Source: the human T2T-CHM13v2.0 reference genome, Homo sapiens
Assembly (NCBI RefSeq): GCF_009914755.1
Contig: NC_060931.1
Length of the DNA: 64,000 nt
Direction: 5' to 3' (one strand)
The notes beneath the pieces are model-generated. The model was not told the DNA's origin and did not search any database. It saw nothing but the letters and a program-made list of their open reading frames with translations. This document shows, in pieces, positions 1-14,321 of the stretch. The first letter of the stretch is position 1. Each line of letters opens with the position of its first letter. The translations under genes were made by a program, and so were the position numbers.

Positions 1-402
1 TATTTAATCTTTCCTTGTGGACAGTTCTCTGTGCATTCACCCAGCCTGGAGTGTGTGCTTTTTGCCCTTTTGTGACTTGATCAGAACCCCAAGATTTTTC
101 CTCCCAGCATGTTTCCTCCTCTCATGCATACGATGCCTGAAAAGAAATACATATTCTTAAATGATGCTGTCACCTCTCACTCAGAGGAGGAATAAATGTG
201 CCAGAAAGCATTCACAGCTAATTCTGTGGAACAACTGGGACATTTAATAGCTAGCATTTTGTTGGCTCCATAGGGAAGTTAATGATTTGATTTGATTTAT
301 TGAGGAGTTTTGTTTGTTATGCTTTGCTGTGTTTCGCCTCCATGCAGAGAAGGAGAAAATGACAAAAGAAGTGTAAGACCCAGGTAGAGCTCTCTTTTAA
401 GG

Positions 403-618
403 CAGCATTTCTCAACCTCAGTGCTATTCATAGTTGGAGTGAATAATTCTTTTTTGCAGGGGCCTGTGCTGTGCATCAGAGGATGTTGAGCAGTGTCCCT
501 GGCCTCTACCCAGCAGATGCCAATAGCACCCTCCTTTCCAACTGTGACAATCAAAAATGTCTCCAGACATTGCCAAATGCCTCCTTGGAGCCAAAACCAC
601 CCCTGGTTGAAACCACTG
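403..618 (-). mobile_element. MER20 hAT-Charlie DNA transposon (MITE), full length
   Basis: Reverse complement follows the MER20 consensus (CAGTGGTTTCAACC...GGCAATGTCTGGAGACATTTTTG...GTTGAGAAA); about 216 bp with imperfect terminal inverted repeats. Confidence 0.85.
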
Positions 619-2404
619 CCTTAGGGTCATCTCATTTTGATTATTCAGATAGCACATCATCAAATAACCTTCTGCTCCATCTCAGCTTTTCTCCAATAAG
701 TCTAAACCTTAGTTAAGGGATTGCCACTTACTGGTTATCAGATGTGGCTTTTTAGCTACATCTGAATCTGCCTATAAATTAATAATACATAGATAATCTA
801 GTTTATAAATCTATTGTTAGTTTAGCTTAAGTGAGTCCCTCTTCCAGACATGAATATACACTGAAGTAAAAAAAAAAATTAAGTTTCTGAATCAATAAAA
901 CTGACCATCAAAACCTGTGCCAAGGAATTTTGGCTGAAAGACCTGTAACAGCCACACAGGCTGGATCTTACATCCCAAGCAGGAAGAGGGTGCTTAGGAA
1001 AAGATACAAGGAATAACTACACACATCTACATAGAAAATTACATACGGCCTGTCTTGACTCAACTTGTGTTTCCATAAACTAATTAGCCTATCTGTGATT
1101 GGTAAATTTTTGTTTACCAATCACATGTAACTTAATGACGTGGAAGCTGTCTTGGTTCAGGTGTGTTTTTTTCCCAAGGTGAAGGGAGCCAGAGAGGAGA
1201 GAGTCAGTAGAATTAGAACCTCCAACAGGAAGAGAAGAAACTTTGGCTTGCCCATGGGACTAGTAGGAGCCCAGTCAGATCTAGTGTATCATGCTGTAAC
1301 AGAAAAACCTATTGTCACAGGAAAAGAAAAGGCTGGAAAACATCTAAGCAGGGAATGCTGTGGCCGATGAATAGGCATGGTGGGGGTCCCCTCACGAGGA
1401 TTCCGGTGAATATGAGGTACTAGTAATTACAGACTTCTCTACTTCCTTCTATGATTTAGGAGATAAATAAAATTCAAGATACCTCAGGCTCTCAGCAAGT
1501 CACAAGAAAACAAGAAAACATGATGCTGTCTGAGCAACTGGTACAGGAAGCCTGGACGCATTGCTGAGGAAATCAGAACTTCTTTGCAAAAGGCAAGTTC
1601 ACGTCTCTTCCCAGTACGTAGATATTATGATGCTGACAGCTCCTGATATCACCTTCATCTCAGTTTTACTAAGCATCATGTTTTTCCTGTATTATGATCC
1701 AGATGGTGACAATCTGTGGCCAAGATGCTGCCGGGAGATGATTACAGGCACAGGAGAGGAGTTTCAGGCAGGTCAGTGAGTTCATGTGTATTTCAGATGA
1801 AGGGGTTGTCATCCACGTCAATATTTAAATAAATTCTTCCTGGTGCCTAAGTGAACTCTTGAATAGCTGACATTCTGTTAACCAGAATTCTCTACTAACT
1901 GTCACTTCTGCACATCTGTTGCCCAAATATGATTGGCGGTTGTAGTGAAGATGCTCTAGGATTTCACGGGATTCTCATAAATCATCCAAGAAAATTTGGA
2001 TGAGGTTGAGAATCATTTTAGGGCTTAATTCATTTTTTCTGGGTTCAAATTTTTTTCTGGGTTAAATTTTTTAAAAATTGATATTCTAGGTATAAAACAC
2101 ATATGGTGATCCTCTATAAGCTGCTCAGTGGCAGAAAATAGCTGTCCAGTTGCTAGGTTTATTTTAATTTGCTTATCCAAATGTTCAGACAGCAGCCTCA
2201 AAGCTCAACTCTTATTATTACAACCAAAGATCAAATTATGGAGTTGCAATAATGATGGGAAAATATCTTGATTTCTGCTTTTGAAGGGGGTTCTTGTAGT
2301 CTGTCTTCACTAATGGAAAGACTCAGCCTATACCATTGTGACAAAATGTGGGATTTCAGGGGCTGATGTATATAAGGCGGGGCCTCACACATTCATCTGA
2401 GTGA

Positions 2405-2730
<326 letters not shown>

Positions 2731-3582
2731 TGAATTAACAAAGAAAATCTTGGCCATGACTACACAGATAGATTAGCAGTGGAAATGATGCTTTCCTAGC
2801 CAATGCAAATACTAAATATTAAAACATATGTGGCTGGGGTGGAGACAGAGCGATTACAAGGTATCCTTGTATCATTGACGAAGGAGAATAAAGAGCAATA
2901 GCCAGTGGCCTCGGGATTCCGAAGCATAATCCTGGCTCATTCCCTGACTTTATTCCTTTACAAACACTGGAAAACAAATAGTGCAGTGAGATTCCCTATC
3001 TCAATTCATTGGAACTGACTTGCTACTTCTAGGTCAAGCCAAATGGATTAGAGAACAAACTAGGGAGGCCATAGGAATGTCTACGGGGGATCAATTTTTT
3101 TTCTCCTGTGCCATTTGAATTGGGGGCTTGACTGAGCCTTTAGACACTCCATCCAAAAGATGTCTCTTGTGAGGGCATTGGCTTTCTTCTCTAAAGAGAG
3201 GTTAACAATATATCCTCTATAACAGAAGTTTGGAGGAATAATTAATAATAATAGTAATAAATTGTTCAAAAGCTAAGCACCAATCATGAAAAAAAGTTTA
3301 TCTTGGCAGCCATTAGCTTTAAGCATGCACTTCTGGCAAACCACCAGAAAAATGCCATACTTTTATCTTGCTGGTGTGTGTGCTTGGAAATAGAGGAATT
3401 TTCTTTGGCAGAAAATTCCTAGAAAAATTTTATTTTCAAAGACTAGCCAGTTCTGGGTCAGACAGAGGAAGCATACCACACCTTGTGTCTCCTGCTGAAT
3501 GCAGTTACAAATCTTGGAAAGAAGGCAGTGAGGAGTAATTTGAGGGCTCCGGGAAATAAGTGCTTTGCAGAAAATGTAAGCC

Positions 3583-5070
3583 ATTAAATGCTTATATTAG
3601 AAAAGAAAAAAGTCTCAAATCAACAATGGAAATTTCTCCTTAAGAAAGTAGAAAATAAGAGCAAAATAAAACTAAGCAAACAGAAGAAAAAAAATAAATG
3701 GCAGAAGTAAATGAAGTTGAAAACAGAAAAGCAAAACTAGTGAGACAAAAGCTTGGTTTTTTTGGAAAGAGCAGTAAAAATGGTAAGTTTTTAGCAAGAC
3801 TGATAGAAAAAGGAGAGAAAGACAAAAGAGACAAAAAAGAAACAAATTACCATGATCATAAATGAAAGAGAGGAAATCATTACAAGCCCCACAGACATTA
3901 AAAGGATAGCAAGCAATACGACAGGCAACTCTACACATATAAATATGGCAACTTAGATTTAATGAGGTAATTCCTCAAACTATCAAAACTCATCTTTGAT
4001 GAAATGGATAACCTGAATAGTACTATATCTGTACTTTTATCAAAAAATAAATAAAATAAATAATTTATCTACAAATAAATTTTTAGATAAAGACCTCCTG
4101 AAAAAGTAATCTCCAGGCCCAAATGGTTTGGTGGGCAAATTCTATCAAACATTTAAAGAAGAAATAACATTAATTCTACACATTCTCTTCCAGAAAACAA
4201 AAGAAGAGGGAACATTTCACAACTCATTTTATGAAGCCAGCATTACCTTGGTACCAAAACTGGGCAAAGACAGTACAATAAAATTTCAGACCAGTATCCT
4301 TCATGAACATAGACACAAACACAATCAACAAAATATTTCAGCAACATTCATCAACAAATTCAAATCCAACAATACATTAAAAGGAACAATACACCATGGC
4401 AAGGGCAATTTATCCCAAGAATGTAAGGTTTGTTCATCAAAAATGAATCAATGGAACTGTCAAACTATCAGTATGAAGAAGAAAGAAACACATGATCATA
4501 TTAATTGAAGCAGAAAAAGCATTTGGCAAACTAGAACATGTATTCATGGTAAAAACTTTCAGCAAACTAAGAATAAAAGAGAACTTCCTCAACTCTGTAA
4601 AGGGTGTCTACAAAAACCCTACAGCTAACATCCTACTCCATGCTGAAAGACTGAATGCCCCTTAATTCAGAATAAGACAAAGATATTCTCTTCCACCATC
4701 CAAATGTTCTTCAACTAATGGATGAATAAATAGGCCGTGGTAGATACATACAATGAAATTGTACTCAGCAGTAAAAAGGAACAAGCTATTGATACACATG
4801 ACAGCCTGGATAACACTATGCTTAGTAAAAGGAAGCTAGTCTCAAAAATTTACAGATTGTATTATTCTATTTATTTGATGGTCTCAAAAAAAGCACTGGA
4901 AGACAGGTCAGAGGTTGCCAGGGATTATAGGTGGGGAAGGTGATGACCACAAAATACAGCATGAGGTGCTTTACTGAGGTGGTAGAGCTGTTCTTTATCC
5001 TGATTATGGCAGTGTTCACATGAATCTATACATGTGTTAAAATTCATAGAAATGTACACCAAAAAAGAAA
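3583..5070 (+). mobile_element. Old L1M LINE fragment: decayed ORF2 joined at about 4698 to a 3' end segment
   Basis: ORF 4128..4508 reads GKFYQTFKEEITLILHILFQK...[13 protein letters not shown] (L1 ORF2p motif); A-rich; L1MB/MC-like 3' end from about 4700. Confidence 0.85.
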
Positions 5071-6364
5071 AAAAGCATCCCTGAGAAATCCTTTAGGCCA
5101 CCTGCATTTGTTCAAACAGGAGGATATGGAAGCCATTTCAGCCAGAATATATTGCTGGGGAAACAAATTCCATGACCTCTCCTGGCGCTAGTCCTAGAAC
5201 CATCCAGCCTCCTGCCAACCACCACCTTCCTTTTCAGCGTCTCTTTCTCTGCCTCCTTCCTGCCGTCTGCATCTCTGTGTGTTCACCTCCAAATCTGCTC
5301 CCAGAAAATATTCTTGTGTCAACCACTGGATATGAGTCAGTGAGTTACCTTGTTCCAAGTTGTCTGCATATTAAGTCTTCATTTTAAATACCTAATCAGA
5401 GTCTCTCCTTTAAGGGCATTCCAGGCACCTAAGAGCAGAAAGGAGTTGTTTTGGGAAATCCTTCCAGTGCCCATGAAATCACTTATGTAGGCAGCTGCCT
5501 ATGGATAATGTTGGCCCCACTGCTGACTTTTTGGAACTTTCCATTGTTCTCAGCATTGCCTTTAAATTCGGGTTTTTTTGTTTGTTTGTTTTTTCCCACA
5601 TGTCATAAAATGGCAGCCAGCAGAAATCAAGGCTCTGTGCCTCCTTACTCATATTTTGCAGGAGAAAGGCAGCATTAACGTATCTTTCAATCATGGAATA
5701 TAGCTGAGTTTTTTCCCAGGAGATCCATGGTCGCCTCTAAGCCAATAACAATTGCCAAGAGAAGGAATGGGCTGTGTGTTGGACTAATTAACAGAGGGAA
5801 AATGTCTTTTACAGGGTCTTCATCAGTAGACACAGTAATGACGTTGGAACCTCTCAGACCCAGGTTCTAATCCTGGCTTTCTCTTAGTTATTTCAAGCTG
5901 ACGATTTTCTGCTTAAAATAAAATTTTAGAAGTTATGCATGAAGCATTTGGTAGCTAGGAGGCACTCGATAAACGCTACTAAAATAATTATAACAACCCC
6001 AGAACCAGCTCATTTAGCTGCCAATATCTGAAAGCATCATAGTGATGGAAACAAATGTGAAGAGGAAGTGATGATGTGACAGGTACGGTGGAACTGAATG
6101 AGGAGAATAAGATATTTCTAATTCATTACTCTCTTAGGTGAAACTTAAGCCAAATAAGATATTTTTTAGTCCATTAGTCTGTGAAGTTTTTAGCAACCCC
6201 TAGTGTACAAAACAGCTTAGAAAAATTGTTTTTTTATTCACCCTCTGTATAGAAATACACTAGTGGGGGATCTGGAAAGTATAGTAATTCACAGAAATCT
6301 GCATAAATAGGGAGACTAGAATTTTATTTCTTAGGCCTTAAGGGGGAAATAAAAACCTTCTACA

Positions 6365-6515
6365 GAAGTGGTTCCCATCCTTGGCTGCCCATTAGAATGA
6401 CCTGGGGAGCTTTTAAAAGCCTTAAATGCCAGGTCATTAGACTCAGACCAATACCAGTAGAGGCTCAGAATGGGAGCCAGGTGGTTACAATGTAGAGTCA
6501 AGGTTGGGAGCTAGC
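6365..6515. mobile_element. MER5A-family DNA transposon fragment
   Basis: agtggttcccatccttggctgcccattagaatgacctggggagcttttaaaa matches the MER5 terminus. Confidence 0.7.
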
Positions 6516-7588
6516 GTGCTACAGGTATATGGTGCTTTTTGCTGATCTAGTTGAGCTTTGCAAGAATGGACCACCTTATTAAAGAGCTTCCACTGAAGTC
6601 ATTGAGATGATATATTCTGTTGAGTGCAAAAGCCTCTTAAAACGACACCCTACTGGGATCCTTAGCGAACATACAGCCACAAGTAGTTTTTAGGTAATCT
6701 CGACAGAGCTGAATTAATAATGTATTTCTGGTTTGGGTGAATAATTTCATACTTCAGCCCAGTAGGAGTTCCATCATTTCTTCTACACCTCTTCTCTATT
6801 TGCCACCCATGAATGAATTTTACATTCCCAGAGTTAAAGGCAGGGAAAGAACATCCTGAGAGATGAAGAGATTATGCAGAATAAAACACAAAGCTCTATT
6901 ATTCAAATAAGTATTTGTGAAACAAAGAAACATTCACTCTAGCAACTTTGAGGAAATAGAATGTGGAAAGCAATTAGTCATCAACATTTAATTTCAAATT
7001 GAGAGCTTTGGCTAGCTGTTTTGCTGGAGGAACATGTATCTTCACTTAAAAGTGCACCTCAATTTAAATATGCCAAGTTTTCTCACTTTCACCTCTTCCC
7101 TGGAAGCCCATTTTGAGATTTATCAAATTGATGCCTTCTTATGTATTTACTGGCAGTGCATTTTAATCAACGAGTCTTCAAACAGTTTTGCTGAATTACA
7201 GGACTAGCTTAACTGCATTAAAATTGTCTGCTATAATTCTACACATAAAGAGAGGAATAGAGAGTTTAAAATTTTTCTAACAAATTCTCACAAGTAGACA
7301 CTTGATGAATAAAAATTTAAAAATTCAATTTCAATAGAACTTCCCAAACCATTGCAAAATGGGTTATATAAAGAAAAGAAGGTTATTGTCAGTTTACTTT
7401 GAAAAAACATTGTGAGATGCCAGGAAAAACTTAAAAGAAGAAGAAAAAAATCATCAATGAGTGGTAATTTGATGACATACTGGATATGTATGTAGTCTCA
7501 AAATAACTTCCCGCAAATCACTTATTAATTCTAAGGGAGAAAGCCACAACTTTCCTGTAGAAAAACCTGGCAGACAATACCTAAAGGA

Positions 7589-8900
7589 GGTATCGCAACC
7601 CTCAGCCCTTGGGGAGGTTTTAGCTACCATGAAATCATATTATGGGAACTTACCTCCTCCCTTGAAACAGCCTTAGCAAAAACTGGTGCAAGTCTATCGG
7701 TGCTGGAAAAGTCTTTGGACTCACTAGCGGGAATGGCTTTTGATAATAGATGAGCCCCGGAATACCTCCTAGCTGAACAAGGAGGAGTCTGTGCTGTCGT
7801 CAGCAAAACCTGTTGCACCTACATTAATGTGTCTGGAAAAGTGGAAACTAAAGTGGCATCATTTGTCTGGGGTAATACCCAAGGTTTGTTGACTCATGCC
7901 AAGGAAATCAAGGATGTGGACACACGAAGAGTAAAGTTAAGAGTGGAGGTTTAATAAGTGAAAGAAAGAGAAAAGTTATCTCCTGCAGAGAGAAGGGTCC
8001 TGGAGAAGTGGGTTGCCACTTCCATGGTGAAATGCAGAAAGTTTTACAGATGAGCTTGAGGAGGTGGTGTCTGATTTACGTAGGGCAAAAGATTGGTTGG
8101 ACCGGGCATGCCATTTGCATAGCATTCAAGAATCTGGCCACCCCCACCCCAATTTTTTATTATGCAGATGAATTCTCTACCTGGCCGGTGCCATGTTGCC
8201 TGCTGCTTTACTGTACATGTGGTGACAAAGAAAAGGGAAAATGGAGCCCCCGTGTTGAACACGCCTGGCTCTCAGGTAGCCTTTTCTATTGGCACAGCTG
8301 CCAGCATTCACCCGTGCAAGCTTCCAGCTTGCTTATCTATGCCTGCAGCTCGATTTTTCAGGCTGCTCTTTGTTAGAACAGAAATTATTTTTGGGGCTGC
8401 CTTTTGTTAAAAGAGAAATTCTGCTGAGGACTCTGTTGCTCTCACTATCTGCCTAAATAATTTCTTTCTAGCTCCTGTATCACTAATTTGAACATTAATG
8501 TTCAAATAAGCCAAATGGCTACACACACTTTCCCAAAGTAACCAAAACGTGCCAAAACCTTTACTGACTGGTTTCCAGAAATCACTTGGCTTCTCCCATT
8601 CCTTGGACCTTTATTCCTCGTTATTCTTCTTTTAATATTTGATCCTGCCTCTTTAAAACTCTCATTAAGTTTATATCTTCCAGATTACAAGGATTCCAAC
8701 TGTAGATGACTAGGCAATCCCAATATCGGCCTGCAGCAGCAACTTCCATTTACATGGGGCCTCTTGCTGGAATCCGGTCTTTCCCCATGAACAAGTTTCA
8801 AGTTTTTCATGATCTTTCATTCCCTTCATGACAGAGAGCAAGAAAGGGAAAAATGCAACTCATCCCCTCTATGGCCCCTTTCAGCAGGAAGTAGCCAGAC
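7589..8900 (+). pseudogene. Class I (gamma-like) ERV env TM-subunit remnant, split by a solo LTR
   Basis: My translation from 7589: GIATLSPWGGFSYHE...SLDSLAGMAFDNR*APEYLLAEQGGVCAVVSKTCCTYINVSGKVET (fusion peptide, immunosuppressive domain, CX6CC). After 8483, with frameshifts: AKWLH, TWLLPFLGPLFLVILLLIF (membrane anchor), IKFISSRLQ, APFQQEVAR. Confidence 0.9.
7852..8482 (-). mobile_element. Solo ERV1 LTR, LTR9-like (HUERS-P3 group), antisense inside env
   Basis: Minus strand starts TGATACAGGAGCTAGAAAGAAATTATTTAGGCAGATAG; about 630 bp; CTAA on both sides (7848-7851, 8483-8486); env frame resumes after it. Confidence 0.8.
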
Positions 8901-9027
8901 AGACCCAATGCTCCTCTTCACTGTGCCATTTTCCCTTTCTTGAGACCGCAATAGGCAGCAGGTAGACATGAGGATGGAGGAATATAAAGCGGAAAAGATT
9001 CAACCAAGATATTTGTCAGGGGGAAAA

Positions 9028-9553
9028 TGAGGAGAGCAAAGATCACCTGGTGGCCATCCAGCAGAACATCCAGAGGCAAAAATCTTTATCAGAAGTAACT
9101 GGACTTCCCTATTATCTAAAGCAAGCATCTGGTTCCAGGTTTCTTTCCCAAAAATTTATAAGTAACTAGAATTTCTATACATCTCTGGAATGCAAGCATA
9201 TAGAAACTCCTCGTGCATTCCTTGCTGACTTAGGCACCAATGTCTACAAATGTCATCATTTATTATGATTTATTATGATCATCATTATTATGACCTGTGT
9301 GGCTAACATGGTCCAAATTACCCTTAAGCCCCCGTTTAGGGTTCATAAATACCCCTAAGGAAAATACCCCTGAGACAGGCACGCTCAGTCCTTGTCTCGC
9401 TGAAGGGCCTCACTGCACTCTTCTGCAGCGTTCTTCCTTTCCTTTCTAATAAAACTTTTCTTTTTCAAACCTATACTGTTGTCTGTAAATTCTTCTTACC
9501 AACCTGCAAGTGGACCACTTTCTGATGCCAGGGCTCTGACACCTCACCCAGCA
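9028..9553 (+). mobile_element. 3' LTR of the env-bearing ERV (ERV1 class; MER84-like, subfamily tentative)
   Basis: Polypurine tract AGGGGGAAAA at 9018-9027 directly before TG; ends in CA; internal CATAAATA and AATAAA. Confidence 0.8.
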
Positions 9554-10519
9554 AGAGGTGATTAAAGTTAACATCAGTAATGGGGCAAAGACACTTCATG
9601 TACCTCCTGCTTGGATGCACTGAGAACACAATATTGTTACCGTGGCTTTCCTACCAAAAATGCACAGTCTAAATCTAACCACAAGGAAACACCAGACACA
9701 CTCAAATTAAGAGACATTCCACAAAAGAACTGACCGGTGCACATCAAAAACATTCAGTTCATGAAGGATTAAAGCAGTCTAAAGAGACATGACATCAAAG
9801 CAATGTCTGATCTTGAACTGGATTTTTCCCCCTTTTTCTATAAGGGACATTAGTGGGGAAAAAATGGCTAAATTTAAGTAAGTATTGTATGTGAAAGAAT
9901 AATGTAGAATCAATGATAATTTCCTGATGCTGATAATTTATACTGTGATTGTATAAAAGAATGTTCTTGTCTTTAGAAAAATATACTTTGAAGTATTTAC
10001 AAGTAAAGGGAAAGCATGTCTGTAACTTAGTTTCAAATGTTTATTAAAAATGTATGTATATATAATATACATATATGTGCATATAAATACAATTATATGT
10101 ATAGAGAGAGAGAGGGGGAAACAAAAGCAAATTTGAAAATTGTCAACACTCAGAGAATCTGTGTTGATGAATCAATTTCAAGAATCATTGAAAATTGTTA
10201 AACTATTACAAAGGATTGCAGCATTCTTCGCAATATTTTTGCAATTTTCAGTGACAAATTATCTCAAATAAAAACTAAAAAATAAAGGAAGCAGAAATCT
10301 CCATGTTTTAAGGACAGATAGATGGGAAGGGCAATCCATATAATCCTACTATTTGGCACATCTGGGAAGTGCAGGAAGGTCTGACTAAATTGGGAAGGAT
10401 ATTACGAGGAAAGTTCAACCTATGCTCAGTGGAAGTTCATGAGTTTCTTTTTATGATTTAGGAATCAAGACTCCGAGAGTTTGTGCAACTCCTGGAGCAT
10501 TTTGAAAATTTGAACTTGA

Positions 10520-10907
<388 letters not shown>

Positions 10908-10972
10908 TTATCTTGTTCATATTGTGTCAAATATGATATTCACACTGAATTATGTAACATGCTTGGACCTTT

Positions 10973-11131
10973 ACAAATAATGTTACTTGCTGATCCTGTG
11001 ATTATCTGCAAGCATATAGGTAAGTACAAATAATGTTACTTGCTGATCCTGTGATTATTTGCAAGCATATGTGTAAATGCAAATAATGTTATTTGCTGTT
11101 CCTGTTACTATTTGCAAGCACATATGTAACT
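10973..11131. repeat. Minisatellite, 3 x 53 bp
   Basis: Units start at 10973, 11026 and 11079 (acaaataatgttacttgctgatcctgtgattatctgcaagcatat...). Confidence 0.95.
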
Positions 11132-11304
11132 AATTACAAGATTTAATCAGTAAAAATACTTTATCAGCCAGTCATGATCTGTAGAACTATTCTCACAATG
11201 AAACAAATGAAATTACTGATCTTTTCTATATGAACAGAATATATTTTTAGCCACTCCTAGAGGTGAACAGTTATTGCCTGATTATTTTCTGGATACTCAG
11301 ATAA

Positions 11305-11661
<357 letters not shown>

Positions 11662-12728
11662 GGGAGATATTAAATGCACATTTCTTTCTATTGCCTTTAG
11701 TTGGAAACTGTAAGGACCAATTTCTGCATAGAATAGATCTCTATCCCATAGGAAAGTGATTCAGGTGCTGATAAGTTGCCCACTGATGGTAGCATTGACA
11801 TGTTCCTTCGACTCCCTGTAAATCTGTATCACACTATCACATCTTTATTCACAGCTGGCAACATCACCCCAAGCTTTGAACGTATGAGACAAATTCATGA
11901 TTAAGAATATTTCATTTAACAAATATTAATTATCTACTAAATGCTTGACATTGTGCTAGTCTGTGAGGTTTTTCATGTGAAGTGTGGTTGTATTAAAAAT
12001 CATTTTAAATGGAAAAGAAGTTTTTTTTTTTAACCTAGAATGGTAAGTCTCATTTGGTAGGTTCAATAGAAAGTATAGTGTGAAGTGATGACCGGGTATA
12101 TGCCAAGACATAGAGGTTTCCATCCAATGAATGGAAGCAGGAGAGGGAGGTTTACATTAAGCAGAGAAGGGAACTGGAGTACATAGACCACTGATATCAT
12201 CAACCCTTCCTAGAGAAAAAATGGGTAACAAGAGAAGGGAGAGCAGTCTGCCCTCCCTAAATATTAAAGAAAGAGAAATAACCTCTTTTTTTTTTTTTCT
12301 TTTTTGCTAGAAGATAAAACTCATTTGACTTGAGGATGCTCTCAAAGAGTCAAAATTTAGGTTAACATAAGGGAAGGCAAATAGCACAACCAACCCCATA
12401 GTCACTAAAAGAAGAAATTATACTTCTGCTCTCAGCTAAAACTTAAAACTTGGGTATTTTTGCTTGGGAAGAAGATTCAGTATTCACCGTCTCTCCCATC
12501 ACCCGCAGGTATCTAAATTATTCAGGGCATTTAAGCAGGAGCTAGTGACAAATTGGTGCCCAAAGCAGCAGACCTTAAAACCGAGTCATGTGATTACACA
12601 GGGGAGGGTCGCCTCTTCTGGGCTCTTTTGAAACCCCAGTAAGATAAATGAGAAATGTGTTCAAAGAAAGAGAAGAATTGTTAGGCTTCCTGTTCCTATA
12701 ACATTAGACTTGCAGACAATGGGTACTT

Positions 12729-13077
<349 letters not shown>

Positions 13078-13981
13078 GACAATGGGTACTTTCTAAATAA
13101 TATCTCATGCCTTAAAAACAACAAACAAAAAAATTGCTTGGGGCTATTGTGCCATCAGAAAATTATACTTAAACCATGTACTGTGTGATTACTGAAAGCT
13201 CTCATCGTCATGAGCAGAATCAGGGTTTGTTTATAGCATTGTTAGTCGCAATGTTTTATTATGTTTGTCACAATTTACTCTCATATGGAAATGCATTTTT
13301 GATAAGGGTAAACATACTATTTTGGCCACAAGAAGGCTTTATCAGTGGAGTTGGAATTGCTGAGTGGAGCTCTAAAATTACTCATACATAGAACTATTGC
13401 ATTAGTGTAGCTAGAATGCAAACCCACTCACCCGGAAAACGGAAATTACTTCGGCAGAAAGTCCTTCTGCGGTGGTAGGGATGAACCTTTTTCTCATTTC
13501 AGCTTTATTTTCCATTTGGCTTTAGTGCCCCTATCTTTGAAAAGCTCTGTTAATTTATTTTTAAATCACCAAAATATAATGACTTCAGGTACTTTTCCCA
13601 GAGTTGTTTTGTCCCCAGTCTCATAAAATTTCCATATGTATGTATATGCCAAGTGCACACTTTAGTTACAGGGCAGTCTATGATGCTTCAAGGTGAACTT
13701 TCTCTCCCCATCAATTAAGTAGTTGAGTGTTTTTCTCTTTGTAACAGTGGACAAAGAAGTATAAGGAGCTGCATCCAAATCGCCACTTCTGTTCTTAATA
13801 TATAGGACCTGGGACTCAATATGGCAGACAGGGTACTTTACAAGGGGGGCTTGGATGGCATTCTCCTGGGAGAAATCTAGGCACTTGTGAAGAAACTGTC
13901 AGGTACAAGCACTGGCTAACTCTCTCCCTAAAATGTCTATCTTTTGTCTTATGGATTGCCTATGAATTAAAAACTGTTTAA

Positions 13982-14321
<340 letters not shown>

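Larger units (their letters stand above)
7455..10285 (+). mobile_element. Old L1MC-like 3' region, interrupted by the ERV insertion at about 7591-9553
   Basis: cctggcagacaatacctaaaggagg (to 7590) rejoins tgattaaagttaacatcagtaat (from 9559), restoring a colinear L1MC-type 3'UTR. Confidence 0.7.

Noticed and set aside
10973-11131. CRISPR-like array
   Set aside because: Head-to-tail units with no unique spacers, no cas genes, human context: an ordinary minisatellite
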